Source: Bdellovibrionales bacterium (GTDB taxonomy: Bacteria; Bdellovibrionota; Bdellovibrionia; Bdellovibrionales; UBA1609). Taken from it: a stretch of 12,644 nt of DNA. How positions within the stretch are numbered: the first letter of the stretch is position 1; the number at the start of each line of letters is the position of its first letter. Location: positions 28,679 through 41,322 of the forward strand of contig JBFWVI010000029.1 of NCBI GenBank assembly GCA_050246815.1, in the 5' to 3' direction. Below, one piece after another: positions 7,261-12,644 of this stretch. Position numbers and translations under genes: made by a program. The notes below the pieces were generated by a model that was given only the letters and a program-made list of their open reading frames with translations, made no database searches and was not told where the DNA came from.

Positions 7261-8441
7261 GGGTCGGCGTTTGTTTGCTTGTGCTGGCCTTGATTTGCCC
7301 GGCCACCCTGGCCGAGACCATTCGTGTTCGCTTGCGAAAAACCTACGGCAAAATTGAATTGGCCGGCTTCGGTGTGAATGTCGGTTTGCAACAGCAGATG
7401 ATCGTGCTCGCCGGGATGCCACAAATGGGTCGACTCGAAGTGAGACTGCAGACTAGACGTGGACGATGGCCCGTTTGGCATGTGCGCCGCGAGGGCGAAA
7501 AAAAATCCACTCATCTGGCTGGGGAAAAGTTATTCATCGAAGGTCAAACCTTGCAAGTGGGGCTTCGGCCCGTGCCCAACACGTTAGAGTTAGTGGCCGC
7601 GGAAAACGGTCGTGTGGATGTGATCGCGGCCCTGGATCTGGAAAAGTACTTAACTGGAGTGCTGCCTTCTGAAATGCCCGCTCATTGGCCCATGGAAGCT
7701 TTAAAGGCCCAAGCCGTTGCCTCACGTTCATACGCTTTGGCATTGATGCAACAGCGACGTGATCAGGCCTATCACTTAGAGTCCACCGTTTTTGATCAAG
7801 TCTTTGATCTGCAAAATCACACTGGCGCAAGCGAAGAAGTTCGAAAAAAAGTGGCCTTAGCAGTGCGAGAAACCGCCGGGCAAGTTTTGTTGGATGAACG
7901 TGGGCGGGTGGTGAAGGCCCACTATCATGCCGACTGCGGTGGGCGCACAGAGACCGCACGCAACGTCTGGGGTGAAAGTGTGCAAGAGACCGGTGTCGTG
8001 AAGGATGCCCTTTGCCCCTTAAGCCCCTTGGCGCAGTGGCAGCACCATTTAACCAAACAAGAGCTGCGTGAGGCCCTGGCGCCTCATTTTGGGATTGGTC
8101 CGGGCGTGTCTTTGCTGTCAGTAGCCATGGCGGGGCGCACGCCTTCTGGGCGCGTGGTAAGCGTGGACGTGGTTTTTTCAGACCGCCAGCCACGACGGCT
8201 CAGCTCCCATGACTTTCGCCGTCTATTGGGCTTTAGCAGCCTTAAAAGCACGAACTTTAGTTTTCTGTGGCAGGGAGAAAAACTGGTTGTGGAAGGGCGC
8301 GGCCATGGCCATGGAGTGGGGATGTGCCAGTACGGAGCCCGCCAACTGGCGACCAGGGGCCTTAATTACCGCCAAATTGTTGCAACATATTATCCAAATG
8401 TGAAGATCGGCAGCTCGGGAACCAGCCGCCCGGTGCTTTAG
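7257..8441 (+). CDS. SpoIID/LytB-domain lytic transglycosylase with signal peptide, about 394 aa
   Basis: LEKYLTGVLPSEMPAHWPMEALKAQAVASRSYA (catalytic Glu region), YHADCGGRTE and GHGHGVGMCQYGA...IVATYYP. The start is reassigned to TTG at 7257, which overlaps the upstream TGA (TTGA), has an AAAGAGAG SD and gives a signal peptide ending ATLA|ETI. Confidence 0.93.
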   Translation: MRVGVCLLVLALICPATLAETIRVRLRKTYGKIELAGFGVNVGLQQQMIVLAGMPQMGRLEVRLQTRRGRWPVWHVRREGEKKSTHLAGEKLFIEGQTLQVGLRPVPNTLELVAAENGRVDVIAALDLEKYLTGVLPSEMPAHWPMEALKAQAVASRSYALALMQQRRDQAYHLESTVFDQVFDLQNHTGASEEVRKKVALAVRETAGQVLLDERGRVVKAHYHADCGGRTETARNVWGESVQETGVVKDALCPLSPLAQWQHHLTKQELREALAPHFGIGPGVSLLSVAMAGRTPSGRVVSVDVVFSDRQPRRLSSHDFRRLLGFSSLKSTNFSFLWQGEKLVVEGRGHGHGVGMCQYGARQLATRGLNYRQIVATYYPNVKIGSSGTSRPVL

Positions 8442-8461
8442 ACGCTTTTGCCAGGTCGGAT

Positions 8462-8545
8462 TTAACCGACAACCGTGGCTAAAACTCGCGCGGCAAAGAA
8501 TACAGTGATCAAGACGGCGAGTACTTTGGGGTAGTGGATGCTCAC
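8462..8545 (-). CDS. Putative 27-aa single-pass membrane peptide (MSIHYPKVLAVLITVFFAARVLATVVG)
   Basis: GTG start at 8545 with a GAGGTG SD 5 nt upstream (8551-8556) and TAA at 8462-8464. It is fully intergenic, hydrophobic, and preceded by a sigma28-like promoter. Confidence 0.6.
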   Translation of the reverse strand: MSIHYPKVLAVLITVFFAARVLATVVG

Positions 8546-8569
8546 AAAAACACCTCTTAAGATGCCTCT

Positions 8570-8596
8570 CAATCGGTAGATTCTTCGAAAGCTAAA
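8570..8596 (-). promoter_or_regulatory. Sigma28 (FliA)-like promoter for the 27-aa ORF
   Basis: Minus strand reads TTTA-N15-ACCGATTG, with the same spacing and CCGAT core as the site at 6655-6681. Confidence 0.5.
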
Positions 8597-8698
8597 GAGG
8601 GATGATCAAATTATCTTCACGCTCGGCAGTATCGTCTTATTTGTAAACAGAGTTTGAGTAGTCAGTTCGCAGCCCTGTTTCTGGGGACTTGAGCAGCA

Positions 8699-8761
8699 AG
8701 TGACGTACAACGTCACTGTCTGTCGAGTTTGACACCTGAAGAGTGTCTCAATCTGAGACAC
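8699..8761. promoter_or_regulatory. Cluster of inverted repeats, candidate enhancer (activator binding) sites
   Basis: Perfect AGTGACGT-aca-ACGTCACT (8699-8717), perfect GTGTCTCA-atc-TGAGACAC (8743-8761) and an intervening TGTC-N6-GACA (8721-8734). Confidence 0.65.
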
Positions 8762-8782
8762 CAGCATGATTTTTTTAAGTTT

Positions 8783-8795
8783 ATTCAATCATTTA
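8783..8795 (+). promoter_or_regulatory. IHF-like binding site
   Basis: ATTCAAtcatTTA has one mismatch to WATCAANNNNTTR. It is preceded by a T-tract and lies between the palindromes and the sigma54-like element. Confidence 0.5.
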
Positions 8796-8812
8796 GTCTG
8801 TGCCATCGGGCC

Positions 8813-8828
8813 GGGCATGGGCTTGGCA
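8813..8828 (+). promoter_or_regulatory. Sigma54 (RpoN)-like -24/-12 promoter
   Basis: gGGCATgggctTGGCA: GG (8814-8815)-N10-GC (8826-8827), resembling TGGCACG-N4-TTGCW. Confidence 0.6.
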
Positions 8829-8883
8829 ATTGTAGTCTTTCGAGAGAGGGCCAACCCAAATGAAGTTGGCAGAGGGTAAGAAG

Positions 8884-9621
8884 ATGAAGAACCTCAAACT
8901 GATTTTTCTGGTGGCGACTCTGGCGATGACCGTCAGCTGCGCCATGGAAAGTAACAAAAGCCAAACCAACGTTCCGACGTTGAGTGTTCCAACCGACGGC
9001 AGTCCTTATGTTCCGCCGGTCACTGGACCTGGTTATAACCCCGGTACACAGTATGGTGGTTCGGCTCCGCTGACGATTGAAAGTGTGCCGCGCATGTCGC
9101 AGTACACGGGGCGTTCAATGAACAACCCGCAAAACATCGTGGTCAATTTGAACATGGTCAAAACAAGCGGCGGGACTTTTGGTGGTACCGTGACAATCAC
9201 CTACACCGAAGCTGGCTATCCTTATGTTGGTTACTTTACGGCGGGCAACTCAGCCGAGGCCACCAAGTTTAATCGCAGCTTCAGCTATGGCGGCAAAACC
9301 GTATGGCACGGCGTATTTGAAGACTATATCGGCGGCTTAGTGGTGGTGATCGATGAAATCGTGGACCTTGGCGATGGTCAGGGTGCACAAGACACCGTCA
9401 GTGGCTCGATTTACTTTAAGAACTTCGGTTTGACCTATGCTCCACATCCGCCCACCTACTGCTGGTTTGCGTATGCGGGACCCTACGACTGCCGCCCCTG
9501 GCCGGAGGGCAAGAGCATGAACACTTACGCCAACAGCATTCCGACCAATACGGGCTACTTGAAGCTTGGAACCTTCACGGGATTGAGCATCAAGAAGGCG
9601 TTTAATAACGAAACGCTTTAA
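8884..9621 (+). CDS. Hypothetical lipoprotein, about 245 aa
   Basis: The likely start is ATG at 8884 (alternative 8860). Signal peptide II MKNLKLIFLVATLAMTVS|C19, a P/G/T-rich linker, then a beta-rich-looking domain with a Cys pair (CWFAYAGPYDC). Confidence 0.85.
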   Translation: MKNLKLIFLVATLAMTVSCAMESNKSQTNVPTLSVPTDGSPYVPPVTGPGYNPGTQYGGSAPLTIESVPRMSQYTGRSMNNPQNIVVNLNMVKTSGGTFGGTVTITYTEAGYPYVGYFTAGNSAEATKFNRSFSYGGKTVWHGVFEDYIGGLVVVIDEIVDLGDGQGAQDTVSGSIYFKNFGLTYAPHPPTYCWFAYAGPYDCRPWPEGKSMNTYANSIPTNTGYLKLGTFTGLSIKKAFNNETL

Positions 9622-9636
9622 AATAAAGGACGCGCG

Positions 9637-10296
9637 ATGAAAACCTGGAATCAAAAACTGATGATCATGGCCGCCACGGTCTTGATGTTTTCATCCGTGG
9701 GCTGTTCTAATCAATGGCGCGAAGCCGATTTGGGCATGGACGGCTCAGATGTCCTGGAGATCTTGAATCAGCTCGAAGACGACGCCACCATCAGCGGTAC
9801 TAGCAGTCAACAAGTTCAAACTTTCTTCGCGCTTAAAAATAACCCCAATTCCAGCATCTATTACGCCGATGGCTATTCAGATCATCAAGGCGCCTTAGGT
9901 CCTTTGGTGAGTGTGTTTTCAGTGGTGCGCTACGAATTTGTTGGGGCCGAGCTGGCCGGAATGACTTATCATGACCTATCCGAGGTTCGCATTGCGTTTT
10001 TAGATCTGCCCACCGAGTCTGGCCACCAATGTGCTTTGATGGTGGACGTGAAAGTGATTCCGCTTGATCAATACGTGACCAGTTTTTTTGAATGCACTTC
10101 GGTTGAAGTGGGCGGCGGTGAATTTGTGGCCGTGCTTCAAAATGCCGAGGGTTCGCAAATTGCGCTGCGCAGCTTTGATGTCACTCAAAATGGCGATTTG
10201 AAGGGTGTCATCCAATTGCAGGTCAGTGACTTCGACGCCTTCGGTAATGAACAGCCCAATGGCAAGTTTTCGACCCTTGTTGGCTTTGGCCCCTAA
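9637..10296 (+). CDS. Hypothetical lipoprotein, 219 aa
   Basis: AAAGGA SD, 15 nt after the previous stop. Signal peptide II ...LMFSSVG|C23. The acidic mature part has two further Cys. Confidence 0.85.
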   Translation: MKTWNQKLMIMAATVLMFSSVGCSNQWREADLGMDGSDVLEILNQLEDDATISGTSSQQVQTFFALKNNPNSSIYYADGYSDHQGALGPLVSVFSVVRYEFVGAELAGMTYHDLSEVRIAFLDLPTESGHQCALMVDVKVIPLDQYVTSFFECTSVEVGGGEFVAVLQNAEGSQIALRSFDVTQNGDLKGVIQLQVSDFDAFGNEQPNGKFSTLVGFGP

Positions 10297-10361
10297 AACA
10301 CCATTAAAAATCAAAAAATGTAAGCTTGCATCTTTAGTCCATATGCCCCCTAAAATAGGGA

Positions 10362-11240
10362 ATGGTCCTAAAGCTTTGGGTTGAATTTTTTGATGAATTG
10401 CAAAATGTGCGGGGGCGTTCGCCAAATACGGTGATGGCCTATCGCCGCGATCTGGAGCTCTTTGCCGAGTACCGCGAAAAGCACAGCGATCTGAAGCCTT
10501 TTTATGAGTATATGAAAAAGCGGGGTTTAAACCCGCGTTCCCAAGCCCGGGTGATCTCTAGCGTACGCACTTATTTTCGCTACTTGGAGAGCCGAGGCGA
10601 AAAAGCAGAGGAGCTACGCGAGTTGAAACAGCCGCGCGTGAAAACCAAACTGCCCAAGGCCCTGACCGCCGATGACTTTCGCCGCTTGCTGGACGCCAGT
10701 GTGGTCGAAAACGAATATCGCGCAGCCCGCAATCAGCTGACACTGTTGTTATTGTTTGGTCTTGGCTGTCGGGTCAGCGAATTGATCCAGCTGAATCTGC
10801 AAGACTTCAATGAAATCGAGAATTGGCTCACCGTCACGGGCAAAGGCAATAAACAGCGTCTTTTGCCCCTGACCACACGCTTGGTTGGCGATCTGAAATC
10901 TTATTTGATCCGCGTGCGACCGCAGCTTTTAAAAGACACCACGCCCTCGTTGCTGGTGAATGACCGCGGGCATCGTCCTTCACGGGTCGACATCTGGCGT
11001 TGGCTGGCGGCATGGTCCAAAAAAGCCGGCTTCGCCGAGCCCGTTGGGCCCCATCAATTTCGTCATGGTTGCGCCACTTCGCTGCTTGAAAACGGCGCTG
11101 ACCTGCGCACCATTCAGGCCTTGCTCGGGCATGCCAGCATTCAAACAACACAAATCTACACCACGGTTTCAGGCAACAAGTTGCGCACCGAGGTCGATGA
11201 GCACCATCCACTTTCGGGGCAAAAGCCCATCGACAACTAG
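10362..11240 (+). CDS. xerD: Tyrosine recombinase, XerC/XerD family (XerD-like)
   Basis: N-terminal SPNTVMAYRRDL. Catalytic residues in GCRVSEL (R), GKGNKQR (K), HQFRH (HxxR) and GADLRTIQALLGHASIQTTQIYT (H, Y). Whether it is XerD or XerC is not certain. Confidence 0.85.
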   Translation: MVLKLWVEFFDELQNVRGRSPNTVMAYRRDLELFAEYREKHSDLKPFYEYMKKRGLNPRSQARVISSVRTYFRYLESRGEKAEELRELKQPRVKTKLPKALTADDFRRLLDASVVENEYRAARNQLTLLLLFGLGCRVSELIQLNLQDFNEIENWLTVTGKGNKQRLLPLTTRLVGDLKSYLIRVRPQLLKDTTPSLLVNDRGHRPSRVDIWRWLAAWSKKAGFAEPVGPHQFRHGCATSLLENGADLRTIQALLGHASIQTTQIYTTVSGNKLRTEVDEHHPLSGQKPIDN

Positions 11241-11352
11241 AGCCCCATCCGAACCCTTGAAAATCGGGCTATGAATGGAGGTGATGTCGGGTTATGAACA
11301 GTTACGCGGGATTATGTTTCCATTACCACCCAAAAATCACCTATTTTAAAAA

Positions 11353-11586
11353 CTAAGCGGCTTTTAGCTTTTTAAGACCATCAGCAATTAATAACCGCAT
11401 CAAGACCTGATAGGGAATTCCCTTGGCCTCAGCGATCTCTTTAAGTTCTTTAAGCATCTCTTCTTCCAAAGCGATACTTGTAGGTTTACGACGCGCCCCC
11501 TTAAGACGGCTTAAACCAGCGATGATCTCTTTAGTATTAAACTCAATACGATCATAAGCTTTTAATCGTTTTACTGATTTCTTCAT
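11353..11586 (-). CDS. Antitoxin, BrnA/CopG-like ribbon-helix-helix, about 77 aa
   Basis: ATG at 11586 with a GAGGT SD. The C-terminal KPTSIALEEEMLKELKEIAEAKGIPYQVLMRLLIADGL matches the CopG/BrnA antitoxin pattern. It overlaps the toxin gene by 35 nt. Confidence 0.88.
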   Translation of the reverse strand: MKKSVKRLKAYDRIEFNTKEIIAGLSRLKGARRKPTSIALEEEMLKELKEIAEAKGIPYQVLMRLLIADGLKKLKAA

Positions 11587-11905
11587 ATAAACCTCGTTCT
11601 TTTTTGCTAGCCGTACGCCCACTGATGGGACGAACTCGACCATCTCTTAAAGTGAAAACCACAGATAACATTCTTCCTGAATCCGTTGGGCCCACCAGAC
11701 AAAGCCGCTCTTCATCAACAGCCGGAGTAACTTGATGCCCCAATGGAACAGCCATTTTCATTTCAAACACAGCTTCAATTTCTTCTAAACCAACATCATG
11801 CTTTTTTGCACTTTTCTGACTATTGCCTGAGTCCCATTCAAAATCGAATTTTTCAGTTTGCTGGTACCAATAAGCTAGCCAAAGAAGAAATTTAAACTGT
11901 GCCAC
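11552..11905 (-). CDS. brnT: BrnT-family ribonuclease toxin, about 117 aa
   Basis: FEWDSGNSQKSAKKHDV..EEIEAVF...EERLCLVG...LSVVFTLRDGRVRPISGRTASKKERGLYE is the BrnT pattern. GTG at 11905 is preferred as the start because the ORF-track TTG (11941) is the -35 box. Confidence 0.9.
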   Translation of the reverse strand: MAQFKFLLWLAYWYQQTEKFDFEWDSGNSQKSAKKHDVGLEEIEAVFEMKMAVPLGHQVTPAVDEERLCLVGPTDSGRMLSVVFTLRDGRVRPISGRTASKKERGLYEEISKTIKSL

Positions 11906-11912
11906 ATCTGTT

Positions 11913-11941
11913 ACACTATAGAACACTATACTAAATGTCAA
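11913..11941 (-). promoter_or_regulatory. Sigma70 promoter of the toxin-antitoxin operon with an overlapping direct-repeat operator
   Basis: TTGACA (11941-11936)-N17-TAGTGT (11918-11913). TATAGTGT occurs twice with a 10-bp period (11930-11923 and 11920-11913). Confidence 0.7.
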
Positions 11942-12031
11942 TTTAATTTAAGAAACTTAAATAGAAGTATCTCAAAATTGCTAACTTTTCTAAACGGCAG
12001 ATCGTTTAAAAGGTAGTGGTTACTAACCGCA

Positions 12032-12064
12032 GAAAAAGCCCACCAATTTCAAATAAGGTGGGCT
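12032..12064 (-). terminator. Rho-independent terminator
   Basis: 8-bp stem AGCCCACC/GGTGGGCT with a 12-nt loop, followed by TTTTC on the minus strand, 26 nt downstream of the stop at 12091. Confidence 0.8.
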
Positions 12065-12090
12065 AATATGGCTAGGTTTAAACAGCAAGC

Positions 12091-12644
12091 TTATTGCCAT
12101 GTTTGCATATTCGCTTGTAAGATCCTAACGATCTTCCATACCTCTTCACTGCAATTGCTGGCAGGAAATTTGGCATAATTCTCGTAGTCATCACGGCCAA
12201 GTGTTGTGAAACCAACACTTAATTTTTCACGGCTGATACCCTTAGGAGTTGTATATGAATTAAATGAGTAATCAAAAAGACTATATTTAAGTACGCTTAC
12301 GAGATCCTTTATTTCACTGTTCGGCCCACCTACTCGTTGAACCCAGGCCGAGCACATTTTCTCGATGTCAGCACTAATTTCTGAATCAACTTCATTTTTG
12401 TATAATACTATCGAATCCACGAAGGGCTCACCTAGGTAAATTGATGAGGGGCCGACAATGTACCTTAGATCGGTTTGATTTTGATCTATATTAATAGACT
12501 GAAACTTATTAGGCGCACCTGACCGGCCGGGAATTTTTGTACCACTACCAATGTTAATAACTAACTGACAAGCTGAATGTTTGCCTCCCTTGTTTCTGGT
12601 GCCTTTGGTGGACGTCCGCCCAATGAAGAGTGGGGTCTGACTTC
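12091..12644 (-). CDS. Hypothetical protein, 5' end outside the window (at least 183 aa)
   Basis: The frame of the 109-aa ORF stays open to the right edge (...SQTPLFIGRTSTKGTRNKGGKHSACQLVINIG...GEPFVDSIVLY...). It is followed by a terminator. Confidence 0.75.
   Translation of the reverse strand, partial: SQTPLFIGRTSTKGTRNKGGKHSACQLVINIGSGTKIPGRSGAPNKFQSINIDQNQTDLRYIVGPSSIYLGEPFVDSIVLYKNEVDSEISADIEKMCSAWVQRVGGPNSEIKDLVSVLKYSLFDYSFNSYTTPKGISREKLSVGFTTLGRDDYENYAKFPASNCSEEVWKIVRILQANMQTWQ

Noticed and set aside
7534..8193. 219-aa minus-strand ORF and other alternative-frame ORFs inside uvrC, the lipoprotein genes and xerD
   Set aside because: They lie within well-supported genes and show no motifs or SDs.
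8606..8788. 60-aa minus-strand ORF
   Set aside because: No SD. It runs across the palindromes and the IHF-like site, which are better explained as regulatory DNA.
10362..11240. Recombinase as a phage or integron integrase
   Set aside because: XerC/D-like length and motifs, no arm-binding domain or integron-specific insertion, host-like composition, and no attC or att repeats seen.
11295..11322. dif-like site near the island boundary (TTATGTT at 11312-11318)
   Set aside because: Only 7 of 11 bases match the XerD arm TTATGTTAAAT, and the left arm lacks the inner ATAA.
1..12644. CRISPR arrays, tRNA/rRNA genes and IS elements
   Set aside because: No regularly spaced repeats, cloverleaf-like sequences, transposase motifs or terminal inverted repeats were found by eye.

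Overview
Bacterial chromosomal window, inferred from gene style to be from a Bdellovibrionota-like or deltaproteobacterial organism (not verified). From left to right: (1) a tightly spaced minus-strand operon encoding a MotB/ZorB-like protein with a very long coiled coil and an OmpA-like domain (2496-4190), a ZorA/MotA-like channel subunit with only a short tail (1545-2486), and a protein missed by the ORF track with an N-terminal FHA domain and a long 11-residue-periodic coiled coil (1525 to beyond the left edge); (2) uvrC; (3) a small zinc-ribbon gene with a strong sigma28-like promoter; (4) a degenerate UDG/psi-like gene coupled to a SpoIID/LytB lytic transglycosylase; (5) an unannotated 27-aa hydrophobic ORF with a Shine-Dalgarno (SD) and a sigma28-like promoter; (6) two lipoprotein genes behind a sigma54-type promoter with upstream palindromes and an IHF-like site; (7) a XerC/D recombinase; (8) an AT-rich segment with a BrnT-type toxin-antitoxin pair, a terminator and a truncated unknown gene. 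The best candidate for an undescribed system is the rearranged Zorya/stator-like ion motor coupled to the FHA-coiled-coil protein.
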